Shown here: piece by piece, positions 18,854 to 29,400 of the stretch
Position numbering within the stretch: position 1 is the stretch's first letter
Layout of the letters: each line of letters begins with the position of its first letter
NCBI GenBank assembly: GCA_965218585.1
Contig: CBDCLE010000005.1
Location: 32,001 to 96,000, forward strand
Length of the DNA: 64,000 bases
Source: Terriglobia bacterium
Lineage (GTDB): Bacteria > Acidobacteriota > Terriglobia > 20CM-2-55-15
Direction: 5' to 3'
Program-made: the position numbers and the translations under genes
Notes under the pieces: model-generated
Database searches by the model: none
Told to the model about the DNA's origin: nothing
Seen by the model: the letters and a program-made list of their open reading frames with translations, nothing else

Positions 18854-18999
18854 AGGATGACAAATCCTCTGCGTAGCCGGATTTGCGGAATTTCAAACTG
18901 AGGCCTACCTATACCGCGCAATCAAGCCAACTGTTTGACTTTTCCAGGACGTGTCCGTTAACTTACTGAACTTGCGCCAAACCTTATCTGGAGACACTG

Positions 19000-19329
19000 A
19001 TGGGAGCTAATACCGTAGAAATTACAGACACAAACTTCGAAAACGAAGTCGAAAAATCCGACGTACCCGTGCTCATCGATTTTTGGGCGGCATGGTGCGG
19101 TCCCTGCCGGGCCCTGGCACCCACCGTGGAACAGATCGCCGAGGAATACCTGGGCAAGGTCAAGGTCGGCAAACTCGATGTGGATGCAAACAGCGGTCTG
19201 TCAGCACGTTTTCAGATTCGAGGCATACCGACGTTGCTCCTGTTCAAGGACGGCCAGGTCAAGGAACAACTTGTCGGCGCTGTCCCGAAGGACACGATCG
19301 TAGGCGCCATATCGAAGCATCTCTCCTAG
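19000..19329 (+). CDS. trxA: Thioredoxin
   Basis: DFWAAWCGPC and RGIPTLLLFKDG, with SD GGAG upstream. Confidence 0.95.
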   Translation: MGANTVEITDTNFENEVEKSDVPVLIDFWAAWCGPCRALAPTVEQIAEEYLGKVKVGKLDVDANSGLSARFQIRGIPTLLLFKDGQVKEQLVGAVPKDTIVGAISKHLS

Positions 19330-19353
19330 GCAAATCTTCCAGCGGAGTTAGCA

Positions 19354-19692
19354 GTGGAACTTCCAGTCATAAATGCGCCGACCGTAGACCCGCGGGTCGA
19401 GAAGGTCCGTTTCAGGGCGCTTCAGGTCAGAGGGAAGATTCGCCGTTTCATCCGGTCTAACGTTTACACCCGCGACAACGACCAACTGCTGGCAGAGCGG
19501 CGCGGAGAGTGCACCCGTTGCGGTGCGTGCTGCAAGATCCTGATGAAGTGCCCCTTCCTCCAGGAAACCAATGGACAATTCAGTTGCGAAATCTACGGGG
19601 AACACTTCGCTCAATGCCGCGTCTTCCCTCTTGTCCCACAGGACCTGAGAGAGATCGACGAGGACTGCGGCTACTATTTCGAGGCCGAATAA
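19354..19692 (+). CDS. YkgJ-like cysteine-cluster (Fe-S/Zn chelating) protein
   Basis: CTRCGACC...CPFL...CEIY...CRVFP...CGY pattern. Confidence 0.7.
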   Translation: MELPVINAPTVDPRVEKVRFRALQVRGKIRRFIRSNVYTRDNDQLLAERRGECTRCGACCKILMKCPFLQETNGQFSCEIYGEHFAQCRVFPLVPQDLREIDEDCGYYFEAE

Positions 19693-19729
19693 ACAACCTG
19701 CCCCGGCCGATCCCAGACTTGAAGCTGAC

Positions 19730-21016
19730 ATGGCGAACAACAAGAATCTTGCGATCGTGGGTGCCCAGTGGGGTGACGAAGGCAAGGGGAAGATCATCGA
19801 TATCCTCTCCGATGGCTTCGACGTCGTGGCCCGCTATCAGGGTGGACATAATGCCGGCCACACGATCCGGATCGGCAGTCAGCGATTCATCCTCCACCTG
19901 ATCCCTTCGGGCATCTTCCATCCTGAAATGCAGTGTGTCATCGGAAGCGGCGTCGTCCTCGATCCGTTGGCGCTGATCGAGGAGTGCGATGGGTTGGCCG
20001 AAGGTGGCATCGATGTTGCGGGACGGTTGTTCGTCTCGAACCGCTGCCACCTGATCCTTCCCTATCACCGTGTCCTGGAAGCCGCTCTCGAACTTCAAAT
20101 GGGCGAGAGAAAGATTGGAACAACGTCGCGTGGGATCGGACCGGCTTATGAAGACAAGATGGCGCGCCGAGGCCTCCGCGTCTGCGACCTGATGAACGCC
20201 GAAAGCTTGGCCGACCGCATTCGGGAACAGGTCGAACAGAAGAACCGCACACTGGAAGCCCTGAACTACCCTCAGGAAATCGATCCCGACCCGATCTGTG
20301 ACGCTTACCGAGAGTACGCCGAACGGCTCGGCCCCCTGTTTGCCGATACGACGACTCTGATAAACGGAATGTTGAAGGATGGCAAACGGATTCTCTTCGA
20401 AGGCGCTCAGGCAACGCTACTCGATGTCGACCACGGCACGTTTCCCTATGTGACGTCCTCCAGCTCCACTGCATGCGGGATCCCCAGCGGTCTGGGCATT
20501 GCTCCAAAGCACATTCATTCGGTGATGGGCATCATGAAGGCTTACGCCACGCGTGTGGGTGGCGGTCCGTTCCCAACCGAGGCCAACGGATCGACGGCTG
20601 AACGTCTCCGCTCGGAGGGCGACGAGTATGGCTCGACAACAGGACGGCCCCGGCGGTGTGGATGGTTCGATGGGGCAGCCGCCCGCTATTCGGTGATGAT
20701 CAACGACATGGACTCTATTACGATCACGAAGATCGACGTCCTGGATACGTTCGAGGAGATCCCGGTCTGTGTGGGCTACACCTATAAGGGAACGCCGGTC
20801 GATGAATTCCCGGCAGATGCGAACGTTCTGGACAAGGTCGAGCCCGTTTACAAGAGTCTCCCGGGATGGAATGCCTCGATTGCCGGGACACGCGAGTGGG
20901 ACCAGCTTCCCGAAAAGACCCGCGACTACGTCCGCTTCCTCTCCGACTTCCTGGAACGTCCAGTCAGCATGGTGTCGACCGGACCTGAGAGAGAAGAAAC
21001 ACTCCACGTTCCGTAA
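19730..21016 (+). CDS. purA: Adenylosuccinate synthetase
   Basis: GAQWGDEGKGK, GGHNAGHT, IGTTSRGIGPAY, FEGAQ, GTFPYVTSS and TTGRPRRCGW. Confidence 0.97.
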   Translation: MANNKNLAIVGAQWGDEGKGKIIDILSDGFDVVARYQGGHNAGHTIRIGSQRFILHLIPSGIFHPEMQCVIGSGVVLDPLALIEECDGLAEGGIDVAGRLFVSNRCHLILPYHRVLEAALELQMGERKIGTTSRGIGPAYEDKMARRGLRVCDLMNAESLADRIREQVEQKNRTLEALNYPQEIDPDPICDAYREYAERLGPLFADTTTLINGMLKDGKRILFEGAQATLLDVDHGTFPYVTSSSSTACGIPSGLGIAPKHIHSVMGIMKAYATRVGGGPFPTEANGSTAERLRSEGDEYGSTTGRPRRCGWFDGAAARYSVMINDMDSITITKIDVLDTFEEIPVCVGYTYKGTPVDEFPADANVLDKVEPVYKSLPGWNASIAGTREWDQLPEKTRDYVRFLSDFLERPVSMVSTGPEREETLHVP

Positions 21017-21082
21017 TAGGCACGCGCCCCCCTATTTCCCCGCGCTTGATTCCTGCGTTACGATAGAAACGTTCACGTGAGT

Positions 21083-21155
21083 GGGCCGTTAGCTCAGTTG
21101 GTAGAGCATCTGCCTTTTAAGCAGAGGGTCACTGGTTCGAGCCCAGTACGGCTCA
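21083..21155 (+). tRNA. tRNA-Lys(TTT), CCA not encoded
   Basis: GGGCCGT acceptor stem pairing with ACGGCTC, D-loop AGTTGGTA, anticodon arm TCTGC-CTTTTAA-GCAGA and T-loop TTCGAGC. Confidence 0.95.
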
Positions 21156-21208
21156 TTTCGTTGCGTCTCTAATAGACTACGAAACGACAACAGTCACTCC
21201 GACACACC

Positions 21209-22043
21209 GGTGATTATATACTTTACACAGAAATAATGCCGATGCTACAATCATTTCATGGTTGCAGTATCCGTATTTTTATCAGCACTTTCCGGTTGCT
21301 CAATCAGCTTATCCAGCTCACGTTTCACGCGCTTTCCGAAGATTTTCTCAACGATCTCCACGTCGGTCTTCTCGGTGAGATTCTTCGGGAGTCTTCGCTT
21401 TCGCTTTCTCTTGGAGTTTTGAGTCATGCCTGACACCGCCTCGTTGAATCTTGTACGTTTGATTGATCGCTTTCCGAACGAAGAAAAATGCAGGGAGTTT
21501 CTTGAAAACCTGCGGTGGCCGAACAGCGTTGGCTGTCCTCGCTGTGGCGACACATCGCTTTGTGAGATCGCAAGTCGCGACCAATGGGATTGTCTCTCAT
21601 GCCGCTACCAGTTCAGCGTGACGGCGGGAACGATCATGCACGATTCCCACCTGCCGCTGAGGAAGTGGTTTCTGGCGATTTATCTCATTCTCGAAGGCAA
21701 GAAGGGGATTTCGGCCAACCAGTTGAAGCGCACCATCGGTGTCTCCTACAAGACAGCCTGGTATCTCTGTCACCGCATCCGCTCCGCGATGGGACATAGC
21801 GAACCGGACGGCCCGACGCTGTTTGGGGTGGTCGAGGTCGATGAAACCCTGGTCGGCGGCAAGGCCAAAGGCAAGGGGAGCGGCTACAGAGGCAACAAGA
21901 CTTGGGTGGCCGGCGCGATCCAGCGGGGCGGGAAGGTCCGCCTGGAGCGGGTTCCAAACATCCGGCGTCACACACTCCATGCTTTCATCCGGCGCAACAT
22001 CAAGGATGAGGCCGCAGCGATCTATACCGACGAACTGAAGTCT
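21209..22043 (+). mobile_element. Truncated IS1595-family element (left part only)
   Basis: GGTGATTATATAC end-like motif at 21209 (boundary approximate) and an IS1595-type transposase cut by the IS256 at 22044. Confidence 0.7.
21251..21427 (-). CDS. Small basic hypothetical protein (58 aa), possible IS1595 passenger gene
   Basis: MTQNSKRKRKRRLPKNLTEKTDVEIVEKIFGKRVKRELDKLI...; its ATG overlaps the transposase ATG in the palindrome CATG (21425-21428). Confidence 0.45.
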   Translation of the reverse strand: MTQNSKRKRKRRLPKNLTEKTDVEIVEKIFGKRVKRELDKLIEQPESADKNTDTATMK

Positions 22044-22052
22044 GAGTTATAA
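21426..22052 (+). pseudogene. IS1595-family transposase, C-terminally truncated
   Basis: Zn ribbon CPRCG...CLSC, HTH (GISANQLKRTIGVSYKTAW), VEVDET and IYTDE, then an abrupt end at the IS256 left IR. Confidence 0.85.
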
Positions 22053-23429
22053 CCGAATCTGGTGTTTAAGGGATTGAGGAAGAGCGGCGTATCTGGTTGA
22101 TTTGTTGTTTACCAGACTTCAAAGCAACCAAGGGAGATACGCCACTATGAGCAAGAGTAACGTGAATGGACCGGAGGGTCGAGAGACGATTGAGGATCCG
22201 ATAACAGAGCTACTACGAGTTGGAGCTCAGCAACTGATCCAACGCGCGGTGGAAACCGAATTGGCGGAACTGCTATCCCACCACGGCGATCGGAGAACCG
22301 AGACGGGCAACGCCGGGGTGGTGCGCAACGGTTATCTGCCTGAACGTGAACTGCAGACCGGTTTGGGGCCGGTAACGGTCCAGATCCCGAAAGTCCGAGC
22401 GAAGACTGGCGACCCGGTAACGTTCCGGTCGGCCCTGGTACCTCCCTACATTCGGAAAACGAAATCGCTGGAAGCAGCGGTGCCGTGGTTGTATTTGAAA
22501 GGCGTCTCCAGCGGCGAGATGGGTGACGCTCTAAAAGTTCTTGTCGGACCCCAGGCGCAGGGCCTGTCGGCGAGCACGGTATCGCGGTTGAAACAGGTCT
22601 GGGCCGAGCAGTACCGCCGGGGATGCGAGGAGCGATTGGATGCCGATCGCTGGGTCTATGTCTGGGCCGACGGTATCTACAGCGGACTGCGGGCCGAAGA
22701 AACCAAGTTGTGCGCACTGGTGGTGATCGGCGCGAATCAACGCGGAGAGAAACGTTTTCTGGCAATCGAAGACGGTGTCCGGGAATCGACACAGAGTTGG
22801 CGCGAGGTCTTGTTAAAGCTGAAGTCGCGTGGGATGAATATCCCGAAGTTGGCCATCGGAGACGGTGCGATGGGATTCTGGGCCGCACTGGAGGAAATCT
22901 ATCCCGAGACACGTCACCAACGTTGCTGGATGCACAAGACCATGAACGTACTGAACGGGCTCCCGAAGTCGGCCCAGGCGAAGGCGAAACAGGCTTTGCA
23001 CGCGATCTGGCGGGCTCAGACACAGGCAGACGCCGAGAAGGCATTCGATCTGTTCATTGAAACCTATGAGCCGAAGTATCCGAAAGCCACTCGCTGCCTC
23101 CAGAAAGACAAAGAAGAACTGCTGGCCTTCTTCAACTTCCCGGCCAAGCATTGGCAGAGCATCCGAACGACCAATCCCATTGAGTCGACCTTTGCTACCA
23201 TTCGCCACCGAACCAAGCGATCCAGGGGTTGCCTGACGCGGGTTGGCATGCTGCACATGATGTTCAAACTGGGACAGTGCGCTCAGAAGAACTGGCGACG
23301 ATTACGAGGATTCGATGATCTGCCCAAGGTGATTACTGGAGTGAAATTCAACGATGGAATCGAAGTGACCCACGTCGATCAGGCCGCCGCTTGAGTCAAT
23401 CGGCAAAACACCACTTTTGACAATAACTC
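22044..23429 (+). mobile_element. Second IS256-family insertion sequence, without a matching target duplication
   Basis: Imperfect 24-bp IRs GAGTTATAACCGAATCTGGTGTTT / GAGTTATTGTCAAAAGTGGTGTTT. The flanks TGAAGTCT and CAAAGTCC differ. Confidence 0.88.
22147..23394 (+). CDS. IS256-family transposase
   Basis: VRNGYLPER, YVWADG, AIGDGAMGFW, QRCWMHK and IRTTNPIES. ATG at 22147 follows GGGAG. Confidence 0.95.
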   Translation: MSKSNVNGPEGRETIEDPITELLRVGAQQLIQRAVETELAELLSHHGDRRTETGNAGVVRNGYLPERELQTGLGPVTVQIPKVRAKTGDPVTFRSALVPPYIRKTKSLEAAVPWLYLKGVSSGEMGDALKVLVGPQAQGLSASTVSRLKQVWAEQYRRGCEERLDADRWVYVWADGIYSGLRAEETKLCALVVIGANQRGEKRFLAIEDGVRESTQSWREVLLKLKSRGMNIPKLAIGDGAMGFWAALEEIYPETRHQRCWMHKTMNVLNGLPKSAQAKAKQALHAIWRAQTQADAEKAFDLFIETYEPKYPKATRCLQKDKEELLAFFNFPAKHWQSIRTTNPIESTFATIRHRTKRSRGCLTRVGMLHMMFKLGQCAQKNWRRLRGFDDLPKVITGVKFNDGIEVTHVDQAAA

Positions 23430-24153
23430 CAAAGTCCGCCTTGAGCTTCTCTATGTCCTCGTCGAAGCGGGTAAGCAATTCCTCCCGCGATCGTTCGCTT
23501 TCGGCTTTCAGCCCGGCGCGCTCAGCGTTCCACCCAGCCGTTGCTGCTTGAAATTCTTCCGCTAACTGGTCTTTCTGCTGGGTGACTCCGGCTAACCTGG
23601 CGTTCAAGTCCAAATCCTTTTCCTCACCCTGATGCGCTTGCGTCAATTCATCTTCAAGTGTTTTGATTTGGTCATTCAGACCGTTGCGTTCCGCTTTAAA
23701 TTCGGCTGATGCCGCTCGGTACTCCTCTTCCACCTGATCCTTTGAACGTCCTGCTTCGTTCAGAGCCTGTTCGAGCCGCGATTGAGCCGCCGCCTCCGTG
23801 GCGGCAATGGCATTCTGACGGCGTTCCTCAAAGTCCGCTTTGAGCTTCTCAGATTCCTCGTTCCGCCCCTGCTCGAAGTCTGCTTTCAATTGCTCGGTTT
23901 CCACATCGAAACGCTTGAGGAGATCCTCGGTGACTTCTCTCCGGATGGCCTCCTGGACTTCCGTCACTGCTTGCTGCTGGTCTTCAGCAGCAAGTGCTGT
24001 AACTCTCGCCTCTGCTGCTTGAACCGATTCGTGAACCTGCAAGTCAAAATATGCTTCGACGTTCTCCAGTTCTTGGCGAACGGTCTCAAGTACTTTGGAA
24101 AGACGTTTCGAGGACTTACCTTCAATTTTTTGTGTGGGTTCCATTGGCGACAT
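23430..24153 (-). pseudogene. Coiled-coil repeat protein, 3'-truncated by IS256
   Basis: Heptad-rich ORF with internal repeats (LLKRFDVETEQLKADF / LLTRFDEDIEKLKADF; EFKAERNGL / GWNAERAGL) that runs into the IS right end. Confidence 0.7.
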
Positions 24154-24474
24154 CCTGTCCTTTTTCGTGGAATTTCAGTACTTATAGCAGAAATGCTTCA
24201 CGATGTTAACTTCTGTGCCTCCCGCCGTAGCGGGTGTCTGGATCGTGTCCTGGACGAAGTTCTGGTTGAAAGGTCAGCAGAAATCTTAGGTGTTTGGTGG
24301 GTTGGAGTCAATCAAACGCTCACGCTATCCGTTAGGAAGATTCACACTGTTTCGGTCGCGCCAGCGAGTGCGGTGTTCCGGTCGAAGAAGTTCTGAGAAA
24401 GGATTCCTTATTGCAGTATCTGATTTGATCAGGAGATGGAGGGGCGCCCGAGCACCTCGCATGGAAGACACGAA

Positions 24475-24601
24475 GTGAGCGTCTTAATCGCGACTTCGCG
24501 CCCGAGCTTCGTATCCTTCGCACGCCACACTTCACCCATTCCACACCCTTACCTAAGAGCGTTGAGATCTCGTAGTGGCCGAGTTTGGTGCCAGATTTCA
24601 T
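24475..24601 (-). pseudogene. Remnant of a Hanks-type Ser/Thr protein kinase N-terminus
   Basis: MKSGTKLGHYEISTLLGKG, then after a frameshift GMGEVWRAKDTKLGREVAIKTL (glycine loop and VAIK lysine). The rest of the kinase is missing. Confidence 0.8.
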
Positions 24602-24819
24602 GTTTAAAGTGTTCGACTGAGAGAACCGTGAAAAACTCGGTAAAGAATACTAAGGCAATAAGTTAGGCACTATTAAATTCTCAAGTCCTCGCAAACGACA
24701 TTCTCGGACACTGAGAATCAAGGATTGGAACCCTGAACGATAAGACCCTTCTTCCCACCAACCTAGGCCTCAGGAGCGGTGTTGTATCATGTGTCATCAA
24801 TCGTGCGACACGCAGATTC

Positions 24820-26403
24820 ATGACCCCGCAATACGACGTTCTCGTCATCGGAGGTGGCCACAACGGGCTCGTCCACGCCGCCTATCTGGCACGTGCCGGA
24901 CATCGCGTCCTGGTGCTGGAACGGCGGCATGTTCTGGGCGGCGCCGCGGTTACAGAAGAAGTTTTTCCGGGATTCAGGTTTTCGGTCGCATCTTACGTGG
25001 TTTCCCTTCTCCGCCCTGAAATCATCCGGGATCTGAATCTCCACACACACGGCCTGGAGATCCTTCCGCTCGATGGAACGTTTACTCCCATGCCCAACGG
25101 CGACTACCTCTGGCGGGTCGACGATCCCGTCCAGACACGCAGGGAACTCGAACGCCATTCCAGAAGCGACGCCCAGGCCTACCCCGAATATGGCCGCGCC
25201 ATGGTTGAAATGGCCCGGTTCATCGAACCACTTCTTTTGATGACACCGCCCGATCCTTCGTCACTCGATTTCAGAGGTGTCCGGGATGTCTTCTCGCTCG
25301 CCAAGGGCTTCCACGGCCTGGGACCCGACTCTCAGTCTGACTTCGTGCGGTTGATGACGATGAGCTCCGCGGATTTTCTCAATCGATGGTTTGAAACCGA
25401 TGTCCTGAAAGCAACGATGGCCGCTTCGGGAATCATCGGGACTTTCCTGGGCGTCCGCTCGCCCGGAACGGCCTACGTCCTTCTTCATCACTACATGGGA
25501 ATCATCGACGGCGTTTATCGCGCATGGGGACTGGCTCGCGGCGGGACGGGTGCGATTTCTCGTGCCATCGCCGAAGCCGCAAGAGCTGCGGGAGTCGAGA
25601 TTCGGTCAGAGGCACCGGTTGCCGGCATCACTTTAAGAAACGGCAAGGCAACGGGCGTTGTCCTGGAAAACGGCGATGAGATTTCTGCCCACGTCGTCTC
25701 TTCGAGCGTGGACCCTCGCTTGACGTTTATGAAGTTTGTGGGAGAGCGAAATCTGCCCGAAGATTTCGTTCAGGCGATCCGGCGTTACAGGTTTCATGGG
25801 TCGTCAGGCAAGGTCAACCTGGCGCTGGACGCACTCCCCGATTTCAAATGTCTCCCCGGTGACGGCGCACACCTCAGAGGAGCTATCTCGATTTCACCAA
25901 GCCTCGATTACATGGAAAGGGCTTATGACGAGGCCAAGTACGGCAGGTATTCACGCCGACCCTATATCGACATCGTGATTCCCAGCCTGACGGATTCATC
26001 CCTGGCCCCGCCGGGCAAACACGTGATGTCCTGCTTTGTCCAGTACGCACCCTATCACCTTAAAGAAGGCGCATGGGATCAGAAGCGCGAGACCTTCGGA
26101 GATACCGTTGTCGATACGCTTGCCGAGTACGCTCCCAACATTCGAGATGTGATCCTGCACAGACAGGTTCTGACGCCCCTCGATCTGGAACGCACGTTCG
26201 GCTTGTCCGAAGGCAATATCTTCCAGGGAGAACTGGCACCGGATCAGTTGTTTTCTCTTCGCCCCGTTCCTGGATAGGCCCAATATCGCACTCCGATCCG
26301 TAACCTTTACATGTGCGGGGCGGCCACACATCCCGGTGGCGGAATCATGGGTGCACCGGGCCGTAACGCAGCAATGCAGGTGATTCGAGATGGGAAGAAA
26401 TGA
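24820..26403 (+). pseudogene. Phytoene dehydrogenase-like FAD oxidoreductase (CrtO/PYROXD2-like) with one in-frame TAG at 26275-26277
   Basis: GGGHNGL, ERRHVLGGAA and PGTAYVLLHH. After the TAG the frame continues [32 protein letters not shown] to a TGA at 26403. Confidence 0.85.
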
Positions 26404-26449
26404 ATCTCGTCCAAGAGGCGCCCGGGACAAAGCTGCCGACAACAAAGCA

Positions 26450-29400
26450 ATGCACCGCCTGGCAACCTCTCCCTTGGCCGAGGCACGGCTTCGCTTCGCC
26501 CGAGACGCTCTGAACAAACTGGGTAGCTTCCCCGAAGTCGTCATTCTGACGCCTACGAGGGCCGCGGGCGACGACTTCGTCCGGACCTATGGTCCAAAGC
26601 CGGGTCGTGGCGGTCTTCACCGCCTAACGTTGCCCCAGCTTGCGCTGGAACTGGGAGTCTGGGCCCTGGCCGATCGTGGACTCACTCCTGTTAGCGGAGT
26701 CGCGATTGAGGCGCTGATCGCCCGAACTGCGTATCTGTCTACACGGCAGAACCCACTGGATTACTTCGAACCGGTATCCGATACAGTCGGTTTTGTCCGC
26801 GCCCTTGGACGAACAATCTCCGAGTTGCGGTTGGAGGGTGTTTCGCCCGAACAGGTCGAACATCTTGGGCCTTCAGGAAACGATCTGGCTACGCTGCTCA
26901 GACGCTACGAGGCCGAACTCGAAGAAGGTCGGCTGGCAGACGCTCAAACGATTTACAGCGCGGCCCTCGACGGTCTGTCGAGCGGAGCGTCTCCTCTCGG
27001 TACCTGCCCGGTAATTCTGATCGACGTGGGTTTACGAACGGGGGCCGAAACCAGCTTCGTGTCCGGTTTGGCCAGCCACTCTCCGGAAATCATTGCGGTG
27101 GGTCTCCCTCAAGCAGGTGATGGACTCGAACGGCTGGAAATGGCGATCGGGGTCAAACACGAAGTCCTTCCCGAAGAAGCCACAGACCAGGCGCTATCTC
27201 GTGTTCGCCGCTACGCGTTTCAAACAGAGACACCTCCCGAAACCGAATCCGATTCCAGCGTTGTCTTCTTCTCGGCCACCGACGAGGGCCGAGAGTCGAT
27301 CGAGATCGCCCGTCTCATCCAGATCGCATCTGCGGATCACGCTGTCCGGTTCAATGACGTCGCCATCCTGCTTCGGAACCCAAACACGTATCAACCTCTG
27401 GTCGAAGATGCTTTGGGACGTGCAGGCATTCCAGCCTATTACACACGCGGCAGCCGGCGGCCGAATCCATCCGGACGGGCATTCCTGGCGTTACTTTCAT
27501 GTCGCGTGGAAGGGCTCTCTGCTTCCCGTTTCGCCGAGTACCTTTCGCTCGGGCAGGTCCCGATCCCCGACAAAAAGGGGGCCCCTCCCGAAGTTGAGGT
27601 CCGGTGGACGCCTCCTCAGGGAGAACTTTTTTCCACCGCTGATCCGACGCTCGTCTCTCTGATTGACGACGCGAAAGAATCCGTGCCGGCTACAGAGGAT
27701 TCACCGGTCGTCGCCGGTAGCCTGCAGGCACCATTCAACTGGGAACGGCTTCTGGTGGACGCTGCCGTGATCGGAGGGTACGACCGATGGAGCAAGCGAT
27801 TGGGAAGACTCGAGAAGGAACTGACGAAGCAGATAGAGGAAATCACCGGCGAAGAAGAGGTCCGCCGTGAATACATCGAAAAACAGCGCACGCGCCTCAC
27901 GCATCTCACGCGGTTTGCTTTGCCGGTCGTCGATCTTCTCGACAACCTACCACAGACAGCACACTGGAAAGAATGGTTAGATGCTCTCGACAACCTCGCT
28001 GCACGGACCCTCCGACATCCAACACATGTACTGGCAGTCCTGGCAGAGCTTCGTCCGATGGGTGAGGTCGGACCCGTCACAGTCGACGAGGTTGTCCAGG
28101 TTCTAACAGCCCGGCTCAGCTTTCTGAGAGACGAGCCCCTGGACCGGCGATACGGAAAGGTTTTCGTCGCGACCATCAGTGAAGCGGCAGGTCGAAAGTT
28201 CGATCACGTTTTTCTGCCTGGAGTCTCTGAAGGTGTCTTTCCACGCAAGGCTCTTGAAGATCCCCTTCTTCTGGATGAGTTTCGCCGAGAACTGGATTCG
28301 CCTCTTCAGACCGAGGACGATCGCGTACGCGAGGAAAGGTTTCTGCTTCATATCGCCGCGGGGGCCGCCGTCAAGCGCCTCTTTGTTTCCTACCCGCGCA
28401 TGGATGTCGGCCAGGGACGTGGGCGAGTCCCGTCCTTTTACGCGCTCGATGTTCTGCGCGCCGCCGAAGGCCGTATTCCGGATTTGGGTGAGTTGGAACG
28501 ACGCGCGAGGGAAACCGCCATGTCGCGACTTGGATGGCCATCTCCGAACGACCCATCCGATGCGGTGGACGACGCTGAGTACGATCTGGCAACGATCGGA
28601 GCACTGGGTCATCAGCCGCGAGCCAAACTACTGGGACGGGGGCGTTATTTGTTGGATACCAATCCCGCACTGGCCCGCTCACTCCGGGCCCGAGCCAGGC
28701 GCTGGCGCAATTTCTGGTCCGAAGTTGACGGCGTTATAGATCCCGACTCGGAGACGCTCGCCGCACTCACCCCGCATCACACCCGAAACCGGAGCTATTC
28801 GCCAACTGCACTTCAGCAGTTCGCAGCATGTCCCTATCGTTTCCTCCTGTACGCGATTCACAGACTCCACCCCCGGGAAGAGGCCGCAACGATTGAACAA
28901 CTGGATCCATTGACGAGGGGCAGTCTCTTCCACGCTGTCCAGTTCCGTTTGCTGTCCACACTGCGGGAGGACGGCCTTCTTCCCGTCGTTCCTCGGAACC
29001 TGCAAGCCGTCCGTTCGGTTGCGGACAGAATCTTAAACGAAGCCGCCGCCGAATATCAGGAAGACCTCGCGCCCGCCATTGTCAGAATCTGGAACAGTGA
29101 GATTGAGGATCTCAGAACTGATCTCGGCGGATGGCTTGGCCAGCGATCCCAGATGGATCAGGAATGGGTTCCGACCTATTTTGAGTTCGCATTCGGTCTC
29201 TCAAGAGATCAGGAACGCGATCCGGCGAGCCGCGACGAAGCAGTAAACATACTCGACGGAGTGCGACTTCGCGGTTCCATCGACTTGATCGAAGAGCATG
29301 ACACCAACGGCTTCCTCAGGATCGTCGACCACAAGACGGGGCGTGCCCTGTCGGGAAACATCGTATCAACCGGAGCGGGAGAAATTCTCCAACCTATGCT

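Noticed and set aside
21156-24800. Integrative element or prophage at tRNA-Lys
   Set aside because: No integrase or phage genes, and no duplicate of the tRNA 3' end (att site) was seen.
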